The notes beneath the pieces were generated by a model, which worked only from the letters and a program-made list of their open reading frames with translations, was not told the DNA's origin and did not search any database. From a virus (taxonomy: Duplodnaviria; Caudoviricetes), in the IMG/VR virus record IMGVR_UViG_3300025120_000012, positions 1-32,905 of that record: 32,905 nucleotides of DNA; one strand, given 5' to 3'. The position numbers were made by a program, and so were the translations under genes. Shown one piece after another: positions 8,934 through 17,696 of this stretch; the first letter of the stretch is position 1, and the number at the start of each line of letters is the position of its first letter.

Positions 8934-9295
8934 CAGAAAGGAAGGTCATCTTTTGACTCATCAAGAGTGGTCTTCATGTCTTGAAGTCCTCCAGAAGTCT
9001 CAGGAGCTGACTGGTCAATCTCAGCTGACCAGACATCCAGTGAATTGAAGTATTTGACTTCTCCTCCATCTGGATTCCATTCTCTTCCTCTCAGGTTAAA
9101 TTTGACATTTGTCAGATATTCCCCTTCTCTGATTGAGAATTCATCCACTCTCTCATTTGTCAGCTGGAATTTGACTGGTTGTGGAAATTTTCCATCTATC
9201 TCAAGAACGAATTCCTGAATTTTGAATTTAGGTGATATCACTTTGACATCATACACTTTCAGCACTTTGGCTTTTTCAATTGTTAGATTATTCAT
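8933..9295 (-). CDS. DUF3127-family single-stranded DNA-binding-like protein
   Basis: QEFVLE..KFPQ, VKFNLRGREW, YFNSLDVW motifs; acidic C-terminal DDLPF SSB tail. Confidence 0.85.
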   Translation of the reverse strand: MNNLTIEKAKVLKVYDVKVISPKFKIQEFVLEIDGKFPQPVKFQLTNERVDEFSIREGEYLTNVKFNLRGREWNPDGGEVKYFNSLDVWSAEIDQSAPETSGGLQDMKTTLDESKDDLPF

Positions 9296-10063
9296 CTATA
9301 TGGTTTTATAAATTTTATCATAGATTTCCTTAGCCTCTATGATTCTGGCTTTTACTTTTTCAATTTCATCCATGTCAAGGTCAATATCAAAAATCTTGAT
9401 TCTGGACTTTTCAGGGACATGTGAGAAAATCATGGACCTTCTGACATTGAACCTGATTTCATCCTCAAGCTCTGTCATGTCTTTGTCATAATTCTCAGGA
9501 GCTTTCATCTGTGACATTGTTTGAGAATATACTTGACCCTCAATGATGTGGTCTGGAGTATCTGTCAAGCAATAAGCCAGAAATGACTTCTTGACATCAC
9601 CACACAGCCACATATACATCAGCATTTGGTACCAATAGCTTTTATTTAATGTCTTGAGAGGTCCTTTGTAGTTCTGAGGCTTTGTGAATGTTCCCAAACT
9701 AAATGAGCTTTTGACATCACCTAAGACCATACTGGAGCTGTTCTTCTCCATGAAGTAAAGGTCAGGCTCTCCAGTGACATAGTCATTGAAGAATCTTCTC
9801 TTTTTGAGATGACCATCCTTCTCCTGAGCTTTCCACTTTTTCTCATTCATCATCATCTTGATTGACTCAGGCTCCATGATGATTCCCTTCTGGAGAAATT
9901 TGTTTTGTGGGATGTCATTCGTTACTCCATGTTTATTGAGCCAGACTGCATCTGTAATGACTGACATTGCTGTCAATCCAAAGCTCTCACCTTTGGTCCC
10001 TTTGGACATCAAAGCTCCCACTTGGGAAGCTCTGACATACCAGCTCTCTGATGGTTTACCCAT
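9296..10063 (-). CDS. YqaJ/lambda-exonuclease-like PD-(D/E)xK nuclease
   Basis: RASQVG, KGIIMEP, TGEPD...DVKSS, YWYQMLMYMWL; adjacent to ERF. Confidence 0.82.
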   Translation of the reverse strand: MGKPSESWYVRASQVGALMSKGTKGESFGLTAMSVITDAVWLNKHGVTNDIPQNKFLQKGIIMEPESIKMMMNEKKWKAQEKDGHLKKRRFFNDYVTGEPDLYFMEKNSSSMVLGDVKSSFSLGTFTKPQNYKGPLKTLNKSYWYQMLMYMWLCGDVKKSFLAYCLTDTPDHIIEGQVYSQTMSQMKAPENYDKDMTELEDEIRFNVRRSMIFSHVPEKSRIKIFDIDLDMDEIEKVKARIIEAKEIYDKIYKTI

Positions 10064-10655
10064 TGGAAACCTCCTTCAGTCTTTTCTGTTGATTCGGATT
10101 GAGAGCATAAGCTGACTCAATGAATTCAGTGGTGATGATTTTACCATTCCACTCCTTTCCATACATAGCAAGAAGCTTCTTGAAGTCTCCATCACTAATC
10201 ATCTTCAGAGATGGCTCTGGAGCTTTAGGTTTTATCTTCTCAATTTCTCCTTGAACGTCTATGTCAGACGAATCCACCAAGTTGAGAAGACATGAAATTG
10301 AGTACCTTTTGAAGTATGTGATGACAGCTCCCTTTGACTGAACAGAATTCATCCCTCTAAGCTCCACCACTGGAAGCTCAACATGACTCTCATCACAAAC
10401 CCCTGACTCCATGTGAAAGAGTCTTGTGGTCAATCCACTTCCATCCAGTTTATAGTTCCAAACAAGTCCCTCCTCATAAGCAATAGGAACAGCTGTCTCC
10501 ACAATTGTCTTTAAATCAGTGTAAGTGTAGCTGTGAGCTTTTGCTCCTTGATGAAGGATAGGCATCTTCATCTGAAATCTTCCAAGAGCTTTCCAGATTG
10601 TGTCTGGAGCTTGAGCTGGTTTTCTTTTCGCTGGTGTTTTTTTAGTTTCTGACAT
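10056..10655 (-). CDS. erf: ERF-family ssDNA annealing protein
   Basis: YTYTDL, H.ESG, QSKGAVITYFKRYSISCLLNL...DIDVQG signature. Confidence 0.87.
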   Translation of the reverse strand: MSETKKTPAKRKPAQAPDTIWKALGRFQMKMPILHQGAKAHSYTYTDLKTIVETAVPIAYEEGLVWNYKLDGSGLTTRLFHMESGVCDESHVELPVVELRGMNSVQSKGAVITYFKRYSISCLLNLVDSSDIDVQGEIEKIKPKAPEPSLKMISDGDFKKLLAMYGKEWNGKIITTEFIESAYALNPNQQKRLKEVSNG

Positions 10656-10917
10656 GGCTTGATTGATTTGGGTGAATGTATTTATACTTCGCTAATGTGA
10701 CAGAGTTTCCAAATCTGTTCACCTTTGTCAAGGGAATTGATGTGATTGCATATCCCTCAGCTCTGAGTCCATGTATAATGGATGCAAGTCTTGTAATTCC
10801 ATAGTTTTCAATTGCTTCCAGACTGGTGATGGTCTGGCTCTCTTTAAGATGCACCATGACAGCATCTCTTTGAGTTGTTACTTGACTCGCTTGAGTCATA
10901 ATCTCCTTCATTTTCAT
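10642..10917 (-). CDS. Winged-helix DNA-binding protein (HTH_39-like)
   Basis: TQRDAVMVHL...ITSLEAIENYGITRLASIIHGLRAEGYAI pattern. Confidence 0.78.
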   Translation of the reverse strand: MKMKEIMTQASQVTTQRDAVMVHLKESQTITSLEAIENYGITRLASIIHGLRAEGYAITSIPLTKVNRFGNSVTLAKYKYIHPNQSSHVRN

Positions 10918-10944
10918 AGGCTTAAATATTAATTATTTTGTTTT

Positions 10945-10953
10945 GCAAATATA
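10945..10953 (-). promoter_or_regulatory. Bacteroidota-type -7 promoter element
   Basis: Minus strand TATATTTGC in an intergenic gap ~28 nt before the ATG. Confidence 0.55.
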
Positions 10954-10959
10954 GGGAAT

Positions 10960-11517
10960 TTAATCTTTCAGTTTTAACTTTTTGAGCTTCCCCTTATACT
11001 CATCAAGTATCTCTTGAAGTTCCGATTTTGTGAACCTCCTTGTCACTCTTGCATCCTTCTCCAGCTGACTGAATTTTTCAGGTCCAATCCTCTGGAGCAA
11101 TTTCTCTCTGTATTGTAAAAGTGACCCATGACCCCATCTGTTGCATTTTACACACTGACCCCAGATGTTTGTCTCAGCATCAAAGGTCACATTCTTGTGA
11201 TTGTTACTATTCCAAAAATGACCAGCATCAAACTTCCCCTTCAAGATTTTGTCACATGAACAGCATTCCTTTCCAGCATCTCTGGTCCTGACATATAAAT
11301 TGACAATTTTCTGGACCCTCTTCATCATTTCTCTGATGGTCTCAAGAGATTCTTTCTTCTTTTTTAGCTCTCTCTTTTGATTTTTGACCCTCATACTTTT
11401 GATTTTAGAGACTTTCTCCATTGCTTCGATAGTCTTACATTCCAGCTCCCAGCAAAATCTCTCTAAGGAGCTAAAACGTGGTTTAAATGGCTTTTTACAA
11501 TTTTTACACTTCTTCAT
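10960..11517 (-). CDS. ninG: NinG/Rap-family recombination endonuclease
   Basis: CxxC..F.P, YVRTRD..CCSC, DAGHF, NIWGQCVKCN motifs. Confidence 0.9.
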   Translation of the reverse strand: MKKCKNCKKPFKPRFSSLERFCWELECKTIEAMEKVSKIKSMRVKNQKRELKKKKESLETIREMMKRVQKIVNLYVRTRDAGKECCSCDKILKGKFDAGHFWNSNNHKNVTFDAETNIWGQCVKCNRWGHGSLLQYREKLLQRIGPEKFSQLEKDARVTRRFTKSELQEILDEYKGKLKKLKLKD

Positions 11518-11520
11518 TTG

Positions 11521-11823
11521 TCAGATATTAGCATCATTCATGAGTCTTTCATTAATTTTCTTCAGCTCAGCCACCTTCCCAATCAGCTCAATATTTTGAG
11601 TCTGTGTGGTGTGAAGTGTTCTGTGTGCTGTTCTCAGCTCATCTGTGACAATCATCCAGAAGCTTAGTGTCTCTGTCAAGTCATCCTGAGACTCTTTCAT
11701 TGATTTTATGAGGTCAGTCCTCTCTGGATGCTTTCTCTCAATCTCTTCTCTTGACTCTTTAATTCTCAGGAGAAGAAGCTGGATGTTGAGCTTTACTTTT
11801 AAAAAAATTAGTTCTTCAGTCAT
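11521..11823 (-). CDS. Hypothetical coiled-coil protein
   Basis: 100 aa, coupled to the helicase stop. Confidence 0.7.
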   Translation of the reverse strand: MTEELIFLKVKLNIQLLLLRIKESREEIERKHPERTDLIKSMKESQDDLTETLSFWMIVTDELRTAHRTLHTTQTQNIELIGKVAELKKINERLMNDANI

Positions 11824-12719
11824 AATCTCAATTTAGTTATTTTGTTCATATCTGGTCTCAGCTTAGCAAGTGGGTCCACTCCATTCACCTTCATTCCCAT
11901 TCCATAATTGTATTCAGCGAGAATGGGAGAATTCAGCTCAGAGATAGCTCCTCCAGTTTCTGTGTCCTTGACCTTCTCAATGCTCAGCATGGTGTGAAAT
12001 TTCATTCTGGGATGATTGGTCAATCTGTGAATGATGCACAGAAAATCGGCACGATTCAAAAAGGATTTTCCTCCTTCAATATCTGAACGATTCGGAGCCT
12101 TCAAGCATCCCTTAAAATCTCCTTCTGTGAAGAAGTTTCCAGCTCTTCCAGATGCTGACACTGGGTGAGTATTTATGAACAAGGTTTTTGATGTTGTATT
12201 CACAAAGTGTCTTGCCTGATTTAAGAATCTGTAATTTGATTCAAAACCCATGTCTCTGTCTAATCCAGTGAATGGGTCAATCAGGCACAGCTCAGCATCA
12301 GACTCACCAAAAATCTCAATCAGCTCCTCTGGTTTATAAAGGTGTTTATTTGAGACAAAGGTGAAAGACTCTTCAAGCATATTGTGAAGATATCTAATCA
12401 CTCCCAGCTCAAGCTCTTTGAATGGTTTTCCAGCTGTCATCTGGATGAGGTCTCTCATGATTTGTCCCTTCTGGTTTTCTCCTGACCACATGATGACCTT
12501 GAGATTGTTCCTGAGAACATGACACAGAAAAATCCAGTTCATGACATAGGTCTTCCCCACACCATCATGACCAAGAAAAAGACAAAGCTCAGACTTCTTG
12601 ATTCTCATGAAATCATCCAGCTGACATCCTATCCCAAGACCTTGCTGAATTTTACCCTCATGATATTTCATCAGGTAGGGCATAGAGGAACCATGTGGTT
12701 CAATCTTATTCATGTCCAC
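11820..12719 (-). CDS. SF4/DnaB-like helicase (P-loop domain, no primase domain)
   Basis: Walker A GHDGVGKT, WSGEN, LIDPF, THP, DIEGG...NRAD, EKVK; follows the initiator. Confidence 0.8.
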   Translation of the reverse strand: MDMNKIEPHGSSMPYLMKYHEGKIQQGLGIGCQLDDFMRIKKSELCLFLGHDGVGKTYVMNWIFLCHVLRNNLKVIMWSGENQKGQIMRDLIQMTAGKPFKELELGVIRYLHNMLEESFTFVSNKHLYKPEELIEIFGESDAELCLIDPFTGLDRDMGFESNYRFLNQARHFVNTTSKTLFINTHPVSASGRAGNFFTEGDFKGCLKAPNRSDIEGGKSFLNRADFLCIIHRLTNHPRMKFHTMLSIEKVKDTETGGAISELNSPILAEYNYGMGMKVNGVDPLAKLRPDMNKITKLRL

Positions 12720-13368
12720 CTCCTCTCATTTGTTTCTTGATGTTTGCTTGAAGCTGGTCTTCTCCTGATGTGGAATTCATCTTCTCCTGATTCCTTGACC
12801 ATGTTCCCAGTCTTCTCCCTAAAGAGAAGGCTTTCATTGTTTCAAACCTCATCAAACCCTTTGGAGTTTCCTCTGTCCAATACAAAAAGAAATCATTCAG
12901 CATATTCTTTCCATATTTGTCCAGATAAGGCTCCAGATTTTTTTGGAAGTTTTTTCTCTTTTCATTCTTATCATTCTTGTTTAGGTCCTTCCCTGATTCG
13001 TCTGTGATTCGTCTCTGATTCGTCTGTGACTTTTTAGTGATTCGGTCAATCTGATAAGTCTCATAATTACAGACTTTTATCCTTGTCGTTTTTATTTCAT
13101 TAGTGAGCTGAATCATGTTGTCATTTTTTAACAGCTCCAGAAATCTTCTGACCTTGCTTTTTGAACACTTCCATCTGTTGGAAAGTGTCTGGATGCTCCT
13201 GAGTGTTTCTCCTCTTTTACAAGTGAATAAAGTCCCATTTATCAGGACCTTATTTTCTTTGTGATTAACCATCAAAATCAGGTCAAGCCAGTTTTTCAAT
13301 CTCCAGCTGTCTTGAAAAATCCAATGCTCTTGAATCTTTCTGTCAATTTTTATCCATCCCTCACTCAT
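12706..13368 (-). CDS. Replication initiator (lambda O/DnaD-like wHTH N-terminus)
   Basis: GWIKIDRKI..HWI, RG..LRS..TLSNRW..SKSKVRRFL, IKVCNYETYQ; internal iterons; C-terminal FFLYWTE...RL.TW. Confidence 0.85.
   Translation of the reverse strand: MSEGWIKIDRKIQEHWIFQDSWRLKNWLDLILMVNHKENKVLINGTLFTCKRGETLRSIQTLSNRWKCSKSKVRRFLELLKNDNMIQLTNEIKTTRIKVCNYETYQIDRITKKSQTNQRRITDESGKDLNKNDKNEKRKNFQKNLEPYLDKYGKNMLNDFFLYWTEETPKGLMRFETMKAFSLGRRLGTWSRNQEKMNSTSGEDQLQANIKKQMRGGGHE
12994..13048. repeat. Iteron array, probable replication origin
   Basis: 11-bp period: TGATTCGTCTG, TGATTCGTCTC, TGATTCGTCTG, TGACTTTTTAG, TGATTCGGTCA; inside the initiator linker next to an AT-rich tract. Confidence 0.8.
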
Positions 13369-13610
13369 AACTTTGATTTATAAACGTGACAGACATTCCC
13401 ATTGATATGTCTTTCTTGATAGTCATAATTGACAGAATAAGACTGGGTAAATTCATAATAGATGAATTCATCTGACCAGCTCCATGAATCTGATTTTTGT
13501 TCCTCTCCCCTCTTTATGTGGTAGAGTATTTTCTGAAAAGCTTTTTCCAGCTGATATCTGTCAGTATAAATCAGAGATATATTGACCAGCTTATTGTGTT
13601 TTTTAGGCAT
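13365..13610 (-). CDS. Hypothetical protein (likely start MPKKHNK at 13610)
   Basis: Start lies just after the upstream stop and is preceded by TATAAACCTTTTAAA. Confidence 0.6.
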   Translation of the reverse strand: MPKKHNKLVNISLIYTDRYQLEKAFQKILYHIKRGEEQKSDSWSWSDEFIYYEFTQSYSVNYDYQERHINGNVCHVYKSKL

Positions 13611-13611
13611 T

Positions 13612-14013
13612 TTAAGACGATTTAAAAGGTTTATATTCTTTTTTGATAGGAATGTGAAGGTCATCAATGTTCATCCCTTTAGACCACAAAGATGGACATT
13701 TCTTTGATATCCTGAATTTTGTCACTGACATCACCTCTCCAGCTGAGTCACATTTCATCTCTTTGATGATTTGACCATCCAGCTTCAGTTGGTAGATAGC
13801 CACCTCATCCCTGATGATTTTAACCACATCCAAACGAGCAAAGAAATGAAAATCTTCTCCCACATGAAAATCAAGTGAGTCTTGTGGGATTTCTTGTGGT
13901 CCACCTTTGTCTGGTGACAGCTCTCTGGCTTTTAGATATTTTTTAAATAGAGGACCATTAAATCTCCCCCTGATGTCTGTCCAGTTTTTCTGGAGTTTTT
14001 GAATTCTGTTCAT
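13612..14013 (-). CDS. Hypothetical protein
   Basis: 133-aa ORF in operon. Confidence 0.65.
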   Translation of the reverse strand: MNRIQKLQKNWTDIRGRFNGPLFKKYLKARELSPDKGGPQEIPQDSLDFHVGEDFHFFARLDVVKIIRDEVAIYQLKLDGQIIKEMKCDSAGEVMSVTKFRISKKCPSLWSKGMNIDDLHIPIKKEYKPFKSS

Positions 14014-14017
14014 CTCT

Positions 14018-14293
14018 TTAGTTTTTATTTATTGTTTGAATAGGTGATTTCAATGTAAACTGATTTACAGCTTGTCTTTTGTTATACTCAAGGACAATTG
14101 TCTCCATGTCTGACAAAATCCATTTAGCAAGAATATTCAGCTCATCGGATTTGAAGTGAGCTGATTTCATGGTCAGCTCATTTCTGTTGGATAGTTCAAG
14201 CTCACACCTCTTAAAGTCCACAAGCTTGTCATCAAAGTGAAGAATATTTTCTTTGATGTTTTTTAATAGTGATAGTTTTAAATTTGGATTCAT
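14018..14293 (-). CDS. Hypothetical protein
   Basis: 91 aa; ATGA-coupled to the mom-like gene. Confidence 0.65.
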   Translation of the reverse strand: MNPNLKLSLLKNIKENILHFDDKLVDFKRCELELSNRNELTMKSAHFKSDELNILAKWILSDMETIVLEYNKRQAVNQFTLKSPIQTINKN

Positions 14294-14925
14294 TTTTTTA
14301 AAATTTTTCCAGTGTTGGTGAATATTAAAGAATCACTTTCTCTGGAGTTAATAATCAATTTACTTCTCTTCTCTCTTTGATATAAAAATCTAAGCTTCTC
14401 ATGGCTTCCTTTATACTCATAACCCATCTTAATCATCTGGGTCTTATTGAAGTTATACTTTCCTTTTTTTCTTGAAACCATGCAATCATTTTCAGGGTCC
14501 CAATAAACTGGATTTTTTCTGGTCAATCCATTAAAAGACCAGTTTGAAGCTCTATACAGACCACCATCATGATTCTTGATAGTGTCTGCATAGGTCAGCA
14601 ATGTTTTCCATCTTGAATCCAGAAGCTTGATGCTTTTGGATATCAGGAAGCTTCCAGAGTTGTCTGGTCTGTCAGGTCTTAAACAAAATCTTGAGAGTGA
14701 GAGGACAGCTCTGTGGTCTTCAGATACAGATTTTGATGCTCCCAATGGAGGAGGATTCCACCATGAAATCCCATGCAATGTCTTAGAGTCCCCTTTGTAA
14801 AAAAGACCATGACAAGCATGAGCAACATTCCCACCACCTTGAGCATAGTGAAATTCAGAAACAAAGTCTTTCGCCTGATGTATTGAGATAGGTCTGGCTT
14901 CCCATTTATTCCTTAACACTATCAT
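14290..14925 (-). CDS. mom: Mom-like adenine modification enzyme (GNAT fold)
   Basis: AKDFVSEFHY, GLF..LHG, LSRFCL.PD.PDNSGSFLISKSIKLL, LLTYAD...HDGGLYRASNW.FNG match Mom-family motifs. Confidence 0.82.
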   Translation of the reverse strand: MIVLRNKWEARPISIHQAKDFVSEFHYAQGGGNVAHACHGLFYKGDSKTLHGISWWNPPPLGASKSVSEDHRAVLSLSRFCLRPDRPDNSGSFLISKSIKLLDSRWKTLLTYADTIKNHDGGLYRASNWSFNGLTRKNPVYWDPENDCMVSRKKGKYNFNKTQMIKMGYEYKGSHEKLRFLYQREKRSKLIINSRESDSLIFTNTGKILKK

Positions 14926-15794
14926 GATTGAACCTCCTCTTTTATTGTATAATGTTCGTAAATATCAAGATACGAACCATCACCAGTCCCAGCATTAAAT
15001 TCAAGGACCAGAATCTTGTTCTTAAAGCTTCTCATCCCAGCTGGGACCCAGTAATGAAAACCATTGTAAAATCTGGACTTACATTCTCCATCGTACTTGA
15101 TAAGAATATCAAAACCATAAGGAATGACTTTCTCAGCTGTCTCAATCTCTTTCTCACTCATGTCTTCTGACATTGGTACAATGCGAACACTGAAAAAGCC
15201 TTCAGGCATATGGTCAGCACCTTGTTTCATTCCAAAGTTTGACTGAGTCTGGACTCTGATTCTTCCAGTCTTAATCCTTTCTTTAAGACAAAACCAGTCA
15301 AGGTCCTCCAGAGTTGTATAAAATCCTCTATTTTCTACCATACCAACAAAGGGAAGAATCTCAGGAATCAGCTTGACCAGTTTTTTTTGGTCCTCTGGAT
15401 GTTGCTCTTGAAAATACCATCTCATATATTTTTGACCTTCTGTGTTCTCCTGATTCTTGTTCCAGATTTTATTCATCCAGTCAATCTGAATAAATTCTTT
15501 GATGTTCATATTTCTGTATTTTCCATATTGAAAACAATCTTCAGGAATGACTTTAATGTCACTTTTGTAACCTTCAAGGATTGTCCATGATTTTCCTCTG
15601 AGAGATTCATCTGGGACCAAATCTGAGCATCCTCTCAGCTCAGCTTTCTTGATGGCTTTTTGTTTGTCTTTTGAGAGTCTTCCCAGATAAGAATAATTTG
15701 TCACCTCATAAGCTTGACCCCTTGAGGTGTATCTTGTTTCATTGTCTATACTCCAGAGAGTAAAATATTGACTTGCTTTTCCGATTTTTAACAT
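14922..15794 (-). CDS. Hypothetical protein containing an FxYGKYR motif
   Basis: 290 aa; FQYGKYRNMNI...YMRW resembles the DUF3820/ExoX C-terminal-like module. Confidence 0.7.
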   Translation of the reverse strand: MLKIGKASQYFTLWSIDNETRYTSRGQAYEVTNYSYLGRLSKDKQKAIKKAELRGCSDLVPDESLRGKSWTILEGYKSDIKVIPEDCFQYGKYRNMNIKEFIQIDWMNKIWNKNQENTEGQKYMRWYFQEQHPEDQKKLVKLIPEILPFVGMVENRGFYTTLEDLDWFCLKERIKTGRIRVQTQSNFGMKQGADHMPEGFFSVRIVPMSEDMSEKEIETAEKVIPYGFDILIKYDGECKSRFYNGFHYWVPAGMRSFKNKILVLEFNAGTGDGSYLDIYEHYTIKEEVQS

Positions 15795-16141
15795 TGTTCT
15801 GATTTCAAAAGTTCATAAATAAGAGCCTCCTCAATAGCCAGACAGATGATGTCTGGATGACAATTGATGAAGTGTCCCTTGATTGTTTTAAATGTGTCAC
15901 AGAAGACATTCACCTCAACGAATGTCCCCAGCTCTGTGATGATTGTTCCATTCTGGACTGATACTTCCACTTGTTCCTGATATTCTTCTCTGAGATATTT
16001 CACAGAGCAATTGAATCCACCATTCACAAGGACAAGGACTCTGTCATCTGTGATGTCTTGAATGTCTATGCAAAGAGCTTCCTTCATCTCAAGGACCTTC
16101 ATGCTCTCCAGCTGTTTATTTTTTAGTTTGTGATTTTTCAT
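15788..16141 (-). CDS. Hypothetical protein
   Basis: 117-aa ORF with an A-rich start context. Confidence 0.65.
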   Translation of the reverse strand: MKNHKLKNKQLESMKVLEMKEALCIDIQDITDDRVLVLVNGGFNCSVKYLREEYQEQVEVSVQNGTIITELGTFVEVNVFCDTFKTIKGHFINCHPDIICLAIEEALIYELLKSEQC

Positions 16142-16146
16142 CTTTT

Positions 16147-16305
16147 CTATTTTTTAAATATTATAGTGTATAAAATTGATGAGGCTCCTTCCAGATGGAC
16201 TGGGTCAATGAGTGACCTAAGCTTCTTCTGAAGTTTGTATCTTTTTAAAAGATAAATTTTAGGTGTTTTGTTGTATTGTTCAACAATAGCAAGAATGTTA
16301 TTCAT
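16147..16305 (-). CDS. Small early protein, 52 aa (MNNILAIVEQYNKTPK...), not in the ORF track
   Basis: Hand translation; ATG directly follows hairpin cassette 1. Confidence 0.55.
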   Translation of the reverse strand: MNNILAIVEQYNKTPKIYLLKRYKLQKKLRSLIDPVHLEGASSILYTIIFKK

Positions 16306-16312
16306 AATTAAA

Positions 16313-16362
16313 AATTTAAAGGTTTATACTGACAAAACCCCACAGCTCTGGAGCTGTGAGGT
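16313..16362 (-). repeat. Hairpin+initiation cassette, copy 1
   Basis: ACCTCACAGCT-CCAG-AGCTGTGGGGT-TTT-GTCAGTATAAACCTTTAAA, then ATG. Confidence 0.9.
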
Positions 16363-16369
16363 GATGTGT

Positions 16370-16672
16370 TTAATCAAATGTAACTTCTTTAAAGAATGAT
16401 TCTGACAGCAAGTGATTTGCAAAAGTCAAGTGAAGCCATCCATCATCGAGAACCATCTTGAGAAGCTTGGCTCTTTGCAAGGATTTCAATTCTTTTTCAA
16501 ACTGCAAAAGCTTGGCTTCTTTCAGATTCTTTCTAAGTGATGATTGTGAAAGCTCCTCTCCAGTCCAGACAGCAAGACGAGTCTTGTCATTGTCTTCTTT
16601 AAAGTTCATTTCATTGTCAAGTCCATTCTCTATGAAGGACATGAGTGCTGATGTTAAAGTTTGTGTTTTCAT
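16370..16672 (-). CDS. Small early hypothetical protein
   Basis: 100 aa, exactly bracketed by cassettes 2 and 1. Confidence 0.75.
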   Translation of the reverse strand: MKTQTLTSALMSFIENGLDNEMNFKEDNDKTRLAVWTGEELSQSSLRKNLKEAKLLQFEKELKSLQRAKLLKMVLDDGWLHLTFANHLLSESFFKEVTFD

Positions 16673-16683
16673 GTTTTCTATTT

Positions 16684-16747
16684 TTTAAAAGGTTTATACC
16701 ACACAAACCCCCAGCCAAATTCATGACTGGAGGTAAGGTGATAAACC
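16684..16747 (-). repeat. Hairpin+initiation cassette, copy 2 (variant stem)
   Basis: ACCTCCAGTCA-TGAATT-TGGCTGGGGGT-TTGTGTGGTATAAACCTTTTAAA; flanks GGTTTAT/ATAAACC extend the stem. Confidence 0.85.
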
Positions 16748-16763
16748 AAAGTTTAAAATGTAT

Positions 16764-16931
16764 TTATATATCGTTTAAATATTTTTCGTATTCAAGTAAA
16801 AGCTTCACAGCTTTATCTTTTTGTGATTCTGTCATCTTGTCAAACTTTGGCTTCTTTAGGAATGTTCTTGCATTCCATTCAAGTATCCATTGTCTGAATG
16901 CTTTTTCATTTTTAGGTTCTAAATTGCTCAT
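16764..16931 (-). CDS. Small early protein, 55 aa (MSNLEPKNEKAFRQW...), not in the ORF track
   Basis: Hand translation; ATGA overlap with 16928..17218. Confidence 0.65.
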   Translation of the reverse strand: MSNLEPKNEKAFRQWILEWNARTFLKKPKFDKMTESQKDKAVKLLLEYEKYLNDI

Positions 16932-17218
16932 ATTACAGAGTTTTGTTTCATTATCAAATCAATGTACTCATCAATGTCAAAGTGTTCAAGAATTGATGTG
17001 TCACAAGTTCTCATTGAGAATGTATGCTCATTGATTTTATTTTGATTGATGTATTTTGAATAGTCTATCTTATACCATGTGAAAAGCTTGTCATCACTTC
17101 TATAAGGATGAGGAAGTCTGTTGATGCTCGTAATCTTTCCGATTTGCTGTGAGTATGTTGAACCATGATTAATGGTCACAATGTCTCCGATTCTAAATGT
17201 TGTTTTTTCTTTTGTCAT
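16928..17218 (-). CDS. Small early protein, SH3/KOW-like beta barrel
   Basis: FRIGDIVTI...GKITSI...YKID pattern. Confidence 0.65.
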   Translation of the reverse strand: MTKEKTTFRIGDIVTINHGSTYSQQIGKITSINRLPHPYRSDDKLFTWYKIDYSKYINQNKINEHTFSMRTCDTSILEHFDIDEYIDLIMKQNSVI

Positions 17219-17243
17219 GTCTATTTTTTTTAGATTGTAATTA

Positions 17244-17414
17244 TTAATCTCTATACATTTTAGTGATTACTTGAGATTCTTGTTTTGTCTCTATTATTCT
17301 CAAGAGCCTCTGTGTCAAAATTTTGCTGTCTTTTTCGTAGATATAGCAAGTTGAGTCATGTGGGTATTGTATTTCTACAAGTTCAGCTTTTGTGTAATTG
17401 ATGATTTTTACCAT
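17244..17414 (-). CDS. Small early protein, 56 aa (MVKIINYTKAELVEIQYP...), not in the ORF track
   Basis: Hand translation; ATG directly follows cassette 3. Confidence 0.6.
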   Translation of the reverse strand: MVKIINYTKAELVEIQYPHDSTCYIYEKDSKILTQRLLRIIETKQESQVITKMYRD

Positions 17415-17473
17415 GATATTAATTTTTAAAAGGTTTATACTGACAAAACCCCACAGCTGGAAAGCTGTGAGGT
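17411..17473 (-). repeat. Hairpin+initiation cassette, copy 3
   Basis: ACCTCACAGCT-TTCC-AGCTGTGGGGT-TTT-GTCAGTATAAACCTTTTAAAAATTAATATC-ATGG. Confidence 0.9.
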
Positions 17474-17487
17474 GATGATTTTAAAAG

Positions 17488-17694
17488 TTAGACATTGAAT
17501 CCTAAAAATCTGTTTAGTGTTCTGGAGGACTCTGACATTCTCATCTTGAATTTTGATTCAAGCTCCAGAGTGACTCTGTCCCAGCTGGTCTGATAATACT
17601 TCTTGAAATAATATTCAAGGTCATCCAGACAATAGTTTCTTGACCTTCTCGCTATGTTTTTAAGTTTTGGATAATTGCTTTCTAAGTGTTTCAT
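17488..17694 (-). CDS. Small early hypothetical protein
   Basis: 68-aa ORF ending just before cassette 3. Confidence 0.65.
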   Translation of the reverse strand: MKHLESNYPKLKNIARRSRNYCLDDLEYYFKKYYQTSWDRVTLELESKFKMRMSESSRTLNRFLGFNV

Positions 17695-17696
17695 AA

